A DNA stretch of 64,000 bases, taken from contig OZ242260.1 of NCBI GenBank assembly GCA_965207065.1, forward strand, positions 736,001-800,000, written 5' to 3'. The translations under genes were made by a program, and so were the position numbers. This DNA comes from a bacterium (lineage in GTDB: Bacteria; UBA8248). Position 1 is the first letter of the stretch. The number at the start of each line of letters is the position of its first letter. Under the pieces are notes generated by a model, which ran no database searches, was not told where the DNA came from, and saw nothing but the letters and a program-made list of their open reading frames with translations. This document shows positions 29,962 to 40,486 of this stretch, one piece after another.

Positions 29962-30235
29962 AGCCGGAAAAATCCGCCCGGGAATCGGCTGAAATATCTC
30001 TTGCGCTGTGAATGGAATTGACAGTATATTCAAGAAACCACGAGGAAACCATAAAAGATACTGAAACAAATAGTTGCTGATGAAACTTTAAGAGTCAGAT
30101 AGGATTCGAACGGCTTTTCGAAAGTTTACTTACCGCTTTGTTCCAGCGGGACTCAATGAGTAGACGCACATGACTTTCGAAGGCCGCATTCATTTTTCAC
30201 CACGGTAGGGATTCGTGGAAACACGGAATGAACTT
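29962..30235 (+). repeat. Duplicated intergenic spacer, copy 1 (homologous to about 33026-33300)
   Basis: Collinear shared blocks CCGGGAATCGGxTGxAATAT, TGAAAxAAATAGTTGC, ACGGCTTTTC, GACTCAATGAGxAGACG. Confidence 0.7.
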
Positions 30236-30254
30236 CCGGGGAAACCTTACGGCG

Positions 30255-30613
30255 ATGCAAGTACCATCCTCCTACGTTGAAGGCTACGAGCAAAGGGCCC
30301 GTCCTCACGATCAGGAACTGGCGGACCTCTACATCGGGCATACCACCATCGGCGATCCCCTTCTGGACCCGATAATGGAGGAGTTATCTTCCATGCCCGC
30401 CTATGAACTGCACGCGTTTGTCGAGGCGGGCATCGAAGGGCATGACGGCGTTCTCCGATATGCGCCGCAACCCCTTCGCGATTTTTTCATAGCAAGCAAA
30501 TCGTCAAATCCCAGAATTTCTCGCAGCTTCTGCAGATTTCGGTATACGACGAGGGTGGTATCAGCTACCGTTTGCCCGACCAAGTCAAAGCGTCGGAATC
30601 GAGCAAGTGGTAA
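30255..30613 (+). pseudogene. DUF2236/MpaB-type oxygenase remnant with an internal deletion of about 800 bp
   Basis: 30255-30488 matches the 5' end of the 35471 gene; 30488-30613 matches its last ~125 nt through AAGTGGTAAGCGATGTCCG, out of frame. Confidence 0.9.
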
Positions 30614-30661
30614 GCGATGTCCGCATCCGCGCCCGACCCGTGATGCCGAAGTGATACGCAC

Positions 30662-32941
30662 GTGAAACTGGACCGCTATATCGACGCCGTTCTGCGCCAC
30701 CGGTGGCTGGTGGTCGCACTGGCCGTGTTGATTCTGCTGATCACGGGGGCGGGCGGGCGCTTCATCAAGACCACGAACGACTACCGCATCATGTTCGGCG
30801 AAGACAACCCCCAGCTCGCCGCCTTCAGGGCGCTTGAGAAAACCTTCTCCACATCCGACACCGCGCTCATCGCCGTCGCGCCCCGAAAGGGTTCGGTGTT
30901 CACCAAAGAGGCGCTCGGCGCGCTCGAGGAATTGACCCAAACCGCGTGGAAGACGCCGCATTCGAGCCGGGTCGACTCCCTCACGAACTACAACCACAGC
31001 CGGGCGGAGGGGGACGACCTGATCGTCGAGCCGCTCGTCGACGACGCGAGCGCGCTGATCGACGCCGACCTTGCGCGAATCCGGAAAATCGCGCTGGACG
31101 CCACTGAAATCGCCTGACGCCTCGTCTCCCGTGACGGGCGCGTGGGCGGGCTGGCGATCACTTTTATCCTGCCGGACGACCTCGACGCCGCGGTGATCGA
31201 GATAAGCGATTATCTGAACGCAGCTCTCAAGAAGGCGCGCGCGAAATACCCGAACATCTCCTTTCACCTGACCGGCGACGTCATCATGCACCGCGCCTTC
31301 GCCGACGTCACGAAAGAAGAGCTGGAAACGCTCATGCCGCTCGTGTTCCTCATGATCATCATCGCCACGGCGCTTCTTATGCGCTCGGTGCTGGGCACGC
31401 TGGCCATCGTCGTCTCCATCGTATTCATCCTCATAAACACGCTGGGGGTCGCAGGCTGGATCGGGTCGGTATTCAGCCCCACGAATTCCGGCGTGCCGAT
31501 TATCATCATGGCTATTTCCGTCGCGAACTCGATTCACATCGTCACGGCCACACTGCTGGGCATGGGAAATGGCCTCGACAAGAATGCGTCGATCGCGGCA
31601 TCGCTCCGGAGCAACGCCTGGCCGGTGTTTCTGACTTCGCTCACGACGGCGATCGGTTTTTTAAGCCTGAACACGTCCGATTCACCGCCCTTTCACGTCC
31701 TCGGCAACCTTGTGGCGCTCGGCGTACTGTTCTCCTTCGTCTACGCCATGACGCTGCTGCCGGCGCTGCTCTCGATTCTTCCGCTGCGCGCGCGCCGGAT
31801 TTCGTCCGAGAAATCCTCCTTTTTCGATCGTTTCGGCGACTTCGTCGTAGAACGCCGCGTGCTTCTGCTCACGTTCGTCGCGGTTCTGACGCTCGTCCTC
31901 ATCAGCGGCATTCCCCGAAACGAACTGACCGAGAGATGGGCGCACTACTTCGACGAACGCTACGAGTTCCGGCGCGATACGGATTTCGTATTCGACAACC
32001 TGACCGGCCTGGATTCGCTGGAATACTCGCTCAAGTCGGGGCGCGAAGGCGGCATCACCGACCCTGAATACCTCAAAAAAGTAGAGGCGTTCGCCGAATG
32101 GTGCCGGAAGCAGCCGAATGTGAGCCACGTGCGGGCCTTCTCGGACATCATGAAGCGCCTGAACAAGAACATGCACGGAGACGACCCGGCTTTTTTCAAA
32201 ATCCCGGAGGACCCCAAACTCGCCGCGCAATATCTGCTGCTCTACGAATTTTCGCTTCCGTTCGGCATGGACCTCAACAACCGCATCGACGTCGCGAAGT
32301 CCACGACGCGCATGACCGTGGTGATCCGCAGCCTCTCCTCCAAGGACCAGCGTGATTTCGACGGGCATGCGCAAGCCTGGCTCCGCGCCAACATACCCGA
32401 ATTCGCACAGGAAGCGTCGGGCATCACCATGGTCTTCGCTCACCTCACGCTCAGAAACATCCACAGCATGCTGCGCGGCACGATAATCGCCATGGCCCTC
32501 ATTTCATTGATCTTGATCCTGGTCTTCAAAAACGTGCGGCTGGGCCTCATCAGCCTCGTGCCCAACTTCATTCCCGCCGCCATGACCTTCGGCTTGTGGG
32601 GCCATCTGGTCGGCCGCGTGGGACTCGCAGGCTCCGTGATGACAGCGATCGCATTCGGGATCATCGTGGACGACACGATTCACTTTTTGAGCAAGTATCT
32701 GAGACATCGCCGCGAGGGCCTCTCCGCGACCGAGGCCGTGCGCGCCGTCTTTCACACCGTGGGCCACGCGCTATGGACGACGACAGCGGTCTTGTCACTC
32801 GGTTTTCTGGTGTTCGCCTCATCGGGGTTCGAGGTCAGCTGGGCGCTCGGCCTGATGGTGGCTATCACGCTCGTCTTCGCCCTGCTGGCGGATTTCCTGC
32901 TTCTGCCGACACTGCTGATGCTTCTCGACCGGAAAGAGTAA
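30662..32941 (+). pseudogene. MMPL/RND transporter, copy B, full length but interrupted by in-frame TGA at 31115-31117
   Basis: ORFs 30662-31117 and 31142-32941 are in the same frame; GAAATCGCC-TGA-CGCCTC here versus GAAATCGCC-GGA-CGCCTC in copy D. Confidence 0.85.
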
Positions 32942-33025
32942 TATAATGTATGTTCGTCTCATACATGGACAAAGGGGTTCGAGATCGTGGGGGAGTCTTC
33001 TCTACAACAACAGTAAATGAATCAG

Positions 33026-33300
33026 GAAGTGTAAAACTCATCCGGGAATCGGATGTAATATTTCTGGCATTAATATTAATTTTGAACATATTATATTCTG
33101 GACATTCCAAAGAACACATAAGTAGGAGTGAAAAAAATAGTTGCAGGCCAGCCAAATAGGCAACGAGGGGTCTTGACGGCTTTTCAGTAGTGTTGCTCAT
33201 CGCTTCGTTCGAGCGTGACTCAATGAGCAGACGGTCAGGTCTTCCGCGAATGAATTCACTCTTCGTCTCACCGAAGATTCGCAGAAGCTCTGAATTGCCA
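33026..33300 (+). repeat. Duplicated intergenic spacer, copy 2
   Basis: Same ordered blocks as 29962-30235. Confidence 0.7.
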
Positions 33301-33314
33301 ATCGAGAGAACCCG

Positions 33315-33482
33315 ATGCCCCTACGAGCACCATCAGCTTACGTCGAAGAATACGAGAAGCAAACACGTCCATACAATCCAGAACTGGCGCACAACTATAT
33401 CCGCCACACCACCATGGGCCAAACCGAACTGGACCCGGCGATGGAGGAAACTGTGAAGGAGCAAAAGAGGAGGAATCTCTAA
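33315..33482 (+). pseudogene. 55-aa ORF matching the N-terminus of the DUF2236/MpaB-type oxygenases
   Basis: MPLRAPSAYVEEYEKQTRPYNPELAHNYIRHTTMGQTELDPAMEE... versus PSAYVEGYENKARPHDQELADLYIRHTTIGDPVLDPIMEE; stop overlaps the next start (TAATG). Confidence 0.75.
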
Positions 33483-34648
33483 TGCAATGTCCGGCAGCGT
33501 ATAAGGACAGCCTTTCCAGGTGTTCCGACGACATGAAGGATGCGGCCGAGAACTATATCGCGCACACTACGATCGGGGATCCGGAGCTCGATCCGATCAT
33601 GGAGGAGCTCTCCTCGATACCGACCAATGACCTCCACCGGTTTATCGAGGCCGGCATCGAACAACAGGACCAGGTCTTTCGCGCCGCGCCACGGTGCTTG
33701 CGCGATTTCTTCGACAACCTCGAAGAACCCGCCTGGGTGGACCACAAAGCATTTACACCCGGGGTACGCGCGTTTCAGAACAATGTCGTCAAGGTATTCG
33801 CGGCCTTCGTGGCCGGCGTGCTGATCGACGGCTTCTCGACCCGAATCTCCAAGTCGTTCGTCCAAACGGGCCGTATCTTCGACAACGGGGTCGCGCGGCT
33901 CCAGCAGAACAACCGCCAGCAGGTCGAGATATTCTGGCCCGGTGGACTCTTGCGCGAATCCGACGGCTGGAAACTATCGGTCCGGATCAGGTTCGTTCAT
34001 GCCCGCGTGCGCTACCTGCTGGCCCGCTCGGGCGAATGGGATGTCGGGGTTCACGGCACACCGATCAGCGCCGCGCATCTGGGCTACTCGCTCGCGTGTT
34101 TCTCGGCCAGGACCCTGAAACATTCGACCACCCTGGGCGCCCGCTATACCCGGGAGGAACGCGAGAGCTTCTGTGCGGTCTGGCGCTACGCCGGCTACCT
34201 GATGGGCATCCCGGAAAGCATCATGTATCAGGGCGAGCAGGACGCATTGAAGATGTACCGCGTCGGCATGGCCTGCGAACCGGAACCCGATGAGGACGCA
34301 ATCGTCATGTCGAATGCCCTCATCAATTCAGCGCCCCTGGTCGCCGGCATCACGGATAAGATCGAACGGGCCGAACTCGTCCGGAACATCATCTATCCGG
34401 TGTCGCGGCTGCTGATAGGGAACACGATGGCCAACAAGCTCAATTTCCCGAAAAGCTCCAGGTTCAAGATGATGCGCGCGTTCCTCGAGTTCCGCTTCGA
34501 CAACGCGTTCACGTTGTTCAAGGAGCGCATTTTCCGGAAGGGTGGATCCAACCTTATCACGGCGTTTGGCGCATCCCTCTACAGCAACGCCGGCACCAGC
34601 TACAAGCTGCCCGACCACGTTCATGCAGAACGATCCTCGGAGTGGTAG
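33482..34648 (+). CDS. DUF2236 / MpaB / Lcp-like putative heme oxygenase
   Basis: 388 aa; RIRFVHARVRYLL (Lcp-type heme-His motif), W....GTPISAAHL, WRYAGYLMGIPE. Confidence 0.8.
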   Translation: MQCPAAYKDSLSRCSDDMKDAAENYIAHTTIGDPELDPIMEELSSIPTNDLHRFIEAGIEQQDQVFRAAPRCLRDFFDNLEEPAWVDHKAFTPGVRAFQNNVVKVFAAFVAGVLIDGFSTRISKSFVQTGRIFDNGVARLQQNNRQQVEIFWPGGLLRESDGWKLSVRIRFVHARVRYLLARSGEWDVGVHGTPISAAHLGYSLACFSARTLKHSTTLGARYTREERESFCAVWRYAGYLMGIPESIMYQGEQDALKMYRVGMACEPEPDEDAIVMSNALINSAPLVAGITDKIERAELVRNIIYPVSRLLIGNTMANKLNFPKSSRFKMMRAFLEFRFDNAFTLFKERIFRKGGSNLITAFGASLYSNAGTSYKLPDHVHAERSSEW

Positions 34649-34720
34649 TAGATTTTCCATCCAGGGCAGGCTGGGAGGAAACTGAACAGCGCCCTGCATC
34701 GCGAGGTCGACCGGGTCACG

Positions 34721-35122
34721 CAGGGAGACGGTTTAATCGTCGATCCGCTCGTTGATGACGCGAGCGCCCTGAGCAACGCCGATCTCGCGCGCATTCGGAA
34801 AATTGCGTTGAGCTCGGCGGATCTCGCCGGGCGTCTGGCCTCCCTTGACGGACGAGTGGCCGGACTCGCTATCAATTTCGTAAAGCCAGACAAGAAAAGC
34901 AATATGGTGGCCGAGGCCGTGCGCGCCGTCTTTCGGACCGTGGGGCACGCACTCTGGACGACGACCGTGGTTTTGTCGCTCGGTTTTTTGATGTTCACCT
35001 TATCGGGCTACGAGGGAAGTTGGACACTCGGTCTCATGGTTTCGATCACGATCGTCTTTGGGCTCCTCACCGACTTCCTGCTTCTGCCACCCTTGCTGAC
35101 GACACTCGACCGGAAGGATTGA
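34721..35122 (+). pseudogene. MMPL/RND transporter, copy C, remnant
   Basis: GDGLIVDPLVDDASALSNADLARIRKIAL...GRVAGLAINF joined directly to C-terminal AEAVRAVFRTVGHALWTTT...LDRKD; about 1.5 kb and the 5' end are missing. Confidence 0.85.
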
Positions 35123-35470
35123 CGGGGCGCGCTCGTCCCGCCCGCGCGGCATTGGGCCCAAGAGCGCGAGCAAATCCTCGCCTGTAGAATTGCGGGTGAA
35201 AGGGGCTATCGCAAAAACCTATTCCTGAATCTTCTGCTGCATTACCTTGATGAAAAAAAATTAAACGTGTTACATTCAAAGCGTTGCGACAAGAGGGTTA
35301 AGAAATTAGCATAAAGCTATCGTTACCCAGTGATGTAGAGGTGGGGAAACCACGAGTCCATTCTGTGGACTGACGAGTTAACGAATCGACTATTATCGTG
35401 CCGGTCTCATGGCCCTTGATAGTCTGTTGAACTCGGAGTCCAGAGAATACTCCTTTGGGAGCATGGACTC

Positions 35471-36643
35471 ATGGCAACTCCGGTAATCCCATCTGCCTAC
35501 GTTGAAGGCTACGAAAATAAGGCGCGCCCTCACGATCAGGAACTGGCGGACCTCTACATCCGGCACACCACCATCGGCGATCCCGTTCTGGACCCGATCA
35601 TGGAGGAGATATCCTCCCTCCCTGCCTATGATTTGCACGCGTTCATCGAGGCCGGCATAGAGCAGCATGACGGCGTTCTGAGGGATGCGCCGCAACCCCT
35701 TCGCGATTTCTTCTGGAATTTCGAAGAGCCAGCCTGGCTTGATCACGAAGCCTTCCGTCCCGGGATTCGTTGTTTCAACGTCAACGTCGATCTCATGCTC
35801 GTCGCGTTCGTGACGGGTGTGCTGGTGGAGGGTTTCTCGACGCTCATCGCCAAGTCCTTCAACAAGACCGGGCGGACGGCGGCAACCCCCAGGCGCCTCA
35901 TGCAGAACAACCGCCAGTTGATGGAGATATTCTACCCCGGCGGGCTGCTAAGGAACGGCGACGGCTGGAAGCTCTCCACGCGCGTCCGGTTCGTGCATGC
36001 GCGCATCAGAAGTCTACTGGCGAAATCAGGCGACTGGGACTTCGAGGCCTGGGGCGCGCCGCTGAGCGCGGCGAACCTGGGGTTGGCCATCTCCATCTTC
36101 TCGATGCAACTGCTCAGATACTCGAAACTCGTGGGAACGAGCTTCAGCATCGAGGAACAGGAGAGCGTACTCGCCGTCTGGCGCTACGCCGGCTATCTCA
36201 TGGGGATACCCGAAACCATCCTCTACACAGACGGGGCGGACGCGGAGAGGAAACACGACATCGCCTATATGTGCGAACCCCCTCCGAGCGCGGATTCGGT
36301 CGACATGGCGAACGCGCTGATCAGGGCCATTGCGCCGGTTGCGGGCGTAACGGACCCGAAGGAACAGGAAGACTTGACGGATCTGGCCTATCGCCTTTCC
36401 ACGGCGTTGATAGGGCAGGAACTCGCGGGTCAGTTCGGGTATCCGAAGCACTCCCGCCTCACCACGATGCTGACGCTTTACATTTTCCGGACGAAACAAC
36501 GCCTCCTGCGCTTTCTGCATAGCAAACAAATCGTCAAGTCCCAGAATTTTTCGCAGCTTCTCAAGATTTCGGTGTACGACGAGGGTGGAATCAGCTACCG
36601 GATGCCCGACCGAGTCAAAGCGTCGGAATCAAGCAAGTGGTAA
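35471..36643 (+). CDS. DUF2236 / MpaB / Lcp-like putative heme oxygenase (paralog)
   Basis: 390 aa; RVRFVHARIRSLL, WGAPLSAANL, WRYAGYLMGIPE. Confidence 0.8.
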   Translation: MATPVIPSAYVEGYENKARPHDQELADLYIRHTTIGDPVLDPIMEEISSLPAYDLHAFIEAGIEQHDGVLRDAPQPLRDFFWNFEEPAWLDHEAFRPGIRCFNVNVDLMLVAFVTGVLVEGFSTLIAKSFNKTGRTAATPRRLMQNNRQLMEIFYPGGLLRNGDGWKLSTRVRFVHARIRSLLAKSGDWDFEAWGAPLSAANLGLAISIFSMQLLRYSKLVGTSFSIEEQESVLAVWRYAGYLMGIPETILYTDGADAERKHDIAYMCEPPPSADSVDMANALIRAIAPVAGVTDPKEQEDLTDLAYRLSTALIGQELAGQFGYPKHSRLTTMLTLYIFRTKQRLLRFLHSKQIVKSQNFSQLLKISVYDEGGISYRMPDRVKASESSKW

Positions 36644-36722
36644 GCGATGTCCGTAATCAGATGCGCCCTGATGGTTCAGCCCCTATCCACACCGTGCCCG
36701 TGACCAAGAGGCGATAACTATC

Positions 36723-39008
36723 GTGCAACTGGATCGCTATATCGATGCCGTTATGCGTCATCGGTGGCTGGTAGTTGCGCTGGCCTTATCGATAATGATC
36801 ATCGCAGGGGCGGGCGGGCGCTTCATCACCGTTGCGAACGATTACCGCATTCTGTTCAGTGAAGACAATCCTCATCTCCTCGCTTTCGACGCGCTGGAGA
36901 ATACCTTTTCCTCATCCGACAACGCGCTTATCGCCATTGCGCCCAAAGGCGGTTCGGTTTTCACCAAGGAGGCGCTCGGCGTGCTCGAGGAGTTGAGCAA
37001 AGCCGCGTGGAAGACGCCGCATTCGAGCCGGGTCGACTCCCTCACGAACTATACCCACAGCCGCGCGGAGGGGGATGACCTGATCGTCGAGCCGCTCGTC
37101 GAAGACGCGGGTTCGCTTACAGAAACAGCCGTCTCGAGAATCCGGAAGATCGCGCTGGGCGCCACCGAAATCGCCGGACGCCTCGTCTCCCGTGACGGAC
37201 GCGTGGGCGGGCTGACGATCACTTTCAATCTGCCCGAAAACCAGGACCTCGCGGTGCGCGAGATAACCGATTACCTGAACGTGGTTCTCCAGAAGGCGCA
37301 CGCGAAACATCCGGACATTGCCTATTACATGACCGGCACCGTCGTCGTAAACCGGTCTTTCCAGGATGCCCCACAGGCCGAAAACAAGGTGCTGTTGCCG
37401 ATTGTGCTACTCGTCATCGTGAGTCTCACGATTATTCTCCTGCGCTCGTTTCTCGGCACTTTGGCGATCATGACCGTTATCATTTTCCCCATCGTTACCG
37501 CAATGGGATTCGCCGGCTGGGTCGGTGCGGTATTCAGTCCCACCAACGCCGGCGTGCCCGTCATCATCATGGTGATAGCTATTGCAGATGCTGTCCACAT
37601 CGTTTCGAGCACTCTTTTCGGCATGAGACGCGGTCTGGAAAAAGATGCCGCGATTGCGGAATCGATCCGCATCAACGCCTGGCCGGTGTTTCTCACCTCG
37701 CTCACGACGGCGATCGGTTTCCTGAGCCTGAACACCTCGGATTCGCCGCCCTTCCACGTCCTGGGCAATTGCGTGACGCTCGGCGTTTTGTGCGCTCTCG
37801 CCTACTCCCTGACGTTGCTGCCGGCGTTGCTATCGATTCTCCCGTTGCGCGCGCCTCGCCGCCGCACGAAGGGGTTAGACTTGTTCGAGCGCTTTGCCGA
37901 CTTCGTCATCTCCTGGCGCAAATTTCTGCTCGTGTTCTTCTCTCTGGCGGTGATTCTTCTGCTGACGGGTATCCCCCGCATCGAGCTGGGCGATGATCTC
38001 ACAAAATTTTTCGACGAGCGCTACCGTGTCCGCCGCGATACGGATTACATCTCCCAACATCTGACCGGCTTCGACAAGCTCGAATATTCCCTGAAAGCCG
38101 GGAGAGAGGGCGGTATTACCGATCCCGTATATCTGCGCAAGGTCGAGGCCTTCGCCGAATGGTACCGGCAGCAGCCGAAAGTGACCCACGTCCAGGCATT
38201 CCCGAACGTTCTGAAACGCCTCAACAAGAACATGCACGGCGACGACCCGGCCTTCTACAGGATCCCCGACGATCCGAAGCTCGCCGCGCAATATCTGCTG
38301 CTTTATGAGTTTTCCCTCCCCTTCGGCATGGACCTCAACAACCGCATCGATGTCTCTAAATCCACAACGCGCATGACCGTTACGATCAGGGACGCGACGT
38401 CGCGCGACCTGCGCACACTCGACAGGCGCGCACAGGCATGGCTCAGCGCCAATGCGCCCGGTTTCGCGCAGGAAGCATCCGGGCTGAGCGTCATCATGGC
38501 TCATGTCTCACAACGAAATATCAACAGCATGTTGAGCGGCACCATCATCGCCATGGCCCTCATTTCGCTCATCCTGATCTGGGTCTTCAAGAATCTCCGC
38601 ATCGGACTCATAAGCCTGCTGCCGAATTTCATCCCCGCGCTCATGACCTTCGGCCTGTGGGGCCATGTCGTCGGCCAATTGGGCCTGGCCTCCTCGGTTG
38701 TGCTCGGCGTTACCTTCGGAATCATCGTGGACGACACGATCCACTTCCTGAGCAAATATCTAAAGGCCCGGAGAGAGGAGGGACTCTCCGCACCCGAGGC
38801 CGTTCGCTATACCTTCCGCGCCGTGGGCCATGCGCTGTGGACTACGACCGTGGTCTTGTCAGCGGGCTTTCTGGTGTTCACCGCGTCGGGGTTCGAGCCC
38901 ACCCGGGTGCTTGGCCTCTTGGTAACGATCACGATTATCTTCGCGCTCCTGGCCGATTTCCTGCTTCTGCCAACCCTGCTGATGGCCATTGACCGGAGAA
39001 ATTCATGA
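36723..39008 (+). CDS. MMPL/RND family transporter, copy D (intact)
   Basis: 761 aa, collinear with copies A and B; AIADAVH and GIIVDDTIH. Confidence 0.9.
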   Translation: MQLDRYIDAVMRHRWLVVALALSIMIIAGAGGRFITVANDYRILFSEDNPHLLAFDALENTFSSSDNALIAIAPKGGSVFTKEALGVLEELSKAAWKTPHSSRVDSLTNYTHSRAEGDDLIVEPLVEDAGSLTETAVSRIRKIALGATEIAGRLVSRDGRVGGLTITFNLPENQDLAVREITDYLNVVLQKAHAKHPDIAYYMTGTVVVNRSFQDAPQAENKVLLPIVLLVIVSLTIILLRSFLGTLAIMTVIIFPIVTAMGFAGWVGAVFSPTNAGVPVIIMVIAIADAVHIVSSTLFGMRRGLEKDAAIAESIRINAWPVFLTSLTTAIGFLSLNTSDSPPFHVLGNCVTLGVLCALAYSLTLLPALLSILPLRAPRRRTKGLDLFERFADFVISWRKFLLVFFSLAVILLLTGIPRIELGDDLTKFFDERYRVRRDTDYISQHLTGFDKLEYSLKAGREGGITDPVYLRKVEAFAEWYRQQPKVTHVQAFPNVLKRLNKNMHGDDPAFYRIPDDPKLAAQYLLLYEFSLPFGMDLNNRIDVSKSTTRMTVTIRDATSRDLRTLDRRAQAWLSANAPGFAQEASGLSVIMAHVSQRNINSMLSGTIIAMALISLILIWVFKNLRIGLISLLPNFIPALMTFGLWGHVVGQLGLASSVVLGVTFGIIVDDTIHFLSKYLKARREEGLSAPEAVRYTFRAVGHALWTTTVVLSAGFLVFTASGFEPTRVLGLLVTITIIFALLADFLLLPTLLMAIDRRNS

Positions 39009-39036
39009 TGCGCCTTTCACGAGTGAGGACCCAATC

Positions 39037-40410
39037 ATGTCACGATCGACGCAAAGAGATACCTATGAAACGAAAAGAGTAGTCATTATTGGAGGAGGTG
39101 CGGCCGGGCTAAGCGCCGCTTACACACTCAAGAAGTACGGCATCAAAGCCGTCTTGTTCGAGGCTGGTGATCGCGTGGGCGGTCGCCTGGGCGGCGACAG
39201 GGTGGACGGTTTTTCCCTGGACGAGGGCGCGGACTTCTTCTGTTCCTCCTACGACGTTGCTTTTCGTATATGCGAGGAACTGGGATTGCCCCTGATTCGA
39301 TCGGATATGGACCTCGGCTGGTACAGAAACGGCCAGTGGATACGGACGACGCCAATCAAGTCCCTTCGCACTGCCGTCCAGAACATACCGGCATTCTGGA
39401 AGCTGGGGTTGTTATCTACCGGGTTCCTGATGCTGGCCAGGGCGGTCAAGGCCGACTCGGAATACCTGAATTTCGCCAGCGACTCGCGACTCGTCGAGCT
39501 CGACGGGGAGGAGAACGCCGGGGGCTACATGAAGAGAATGCGCTTGTCCGAATCCTTGAAAACGACGTTGCGGGGATTTCTGGAGATGACGATGGGCGAT
39601 GTCGATGAAATGGGCGCTGCGTACATCCGGACGTATCTCGCGGAAATGCTCCTGAAGTCCGACCAGATATACGTGCCCGAAAAAGGAGCCGGGGAACTGA
39701 CTCACGCCTTGGCCGATGCCTGCGGAGCCGAGGTCCGTGTCTCGACACCCGTCAACAAAGTCATCGTCCAGGACGGCGCCGTAAGAAGCGTGTTGCTGGA
39801 CGATGGTCCCATCGAGGCGGACGCGGTCATTTGCGCGACTTCCGCCTCGATGGTAAGTGGAATCATTCCCGACCTGCCGAGCAAAATTCGAAGCGCGCTC
39901 GGCACGGTACAATACTCACGCGGATGCCGGGTGGTGATCGGCCTCGACCATCGCCCGCTTCCCGAAGGATGGAACGGCGCGTTGTATCCCGAGGACGAGA
40001 CGCCCCTGCTGCTGGACCGGTCCATCAACCTGCCCGCTGCCGCGCCGCCGGGCAAAAGCACCCTCGACCTGCTCGTCGGCCGTGACCGCGCCGAAGAATT
40101 GTTTCCTCTTGACGATGAGGAAATCAAGCGCCGGATGCTGGCAGACGCGCGCCGGAACCCCCCTCCCGGCTCCAATCTCCCCGGCGACGACGAGGGCTTG
40201 TTCACCCGCGTGTACCGCTGGCCGGAGGCCGTGTGCATGGGCTTGCCCGGCATGTTCAAGGCGGTAGCGGAAATGCGTCTTCAACTCAAACGCGATGTCC
40301 AGAATCTCTTTCTTGCGGGCGACTACATGCGGATTCCCTGTGTGAACGGCGCCCTGGCCAGCGGCGTCGACGCAGCCGAAGAGGTTGTGGCGTTGCTTTC
40401 AGATCGTTGA
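39037..40410 (+). CDS. FAD-dependent oxidoreductase (amine oxidase / protoporphyrinogen oxidase-like)
   Basis: IIGGGAAGLSAA, EAGDRVGGR, LDEGA, LFLAGDY...NGALASG; start reassigned to ATG 39037 after GAGGA. Confidence 0.85.
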   Translation: MSRSTQRDTYETKRVVIIGGGAAGLSAAYTLKKYGIKAVLFEAGDRVGGRLGGDRVDGFSLDEGADFFCSSYDVAFRICEELGLPLIRSDMDLGWYRNGQWIRTTPIKSLRTAVQNIPAFWKLGLLSTGFLMLARAVKADSEYLNFASDSRLVELDGEENAGGYMKRMRLSESLKTTLRGFLEMTMGDVDEMGAAYIRTYLAEMLLKSDQIYVPEKGAGELTHALADACGAEVRVSTPVNKVIVQDGAVRSVLLDDGPIEADAVICATSASMVSGIIPDLPSKIRSALGTVQYSRGCRVVIGLDHRPLPEGWNGALYPEDETPLLLDRSINLPAAAPPGKSTLDLLVGRDRAEELFPLDDEEIKRRMLADARRNPPPGSNLPGDDEGLFTRVYRWPEAVCMGLPGMFKAVAEMRLQLKRDVQNLFLAGDYMRIPCVNGALASGVDAAEEVVALLSDR

Positions 40411-40486
40411 AGGCGACGTGCAATTTCCAGTACGGATTTTCGTCGTCTGGGCCGATTGCCGGGAGTGAATAAAGAAACTCCCGAGA

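Noticed and set aside
31115-31117. Selenocysteine or UGA=Gly recoding in MMPL copy B
   Set aside because: Paralogs have Gly, not Cys, at this codon, and many genes here end at TGA at their expected C-termini, so the genetic code is standard
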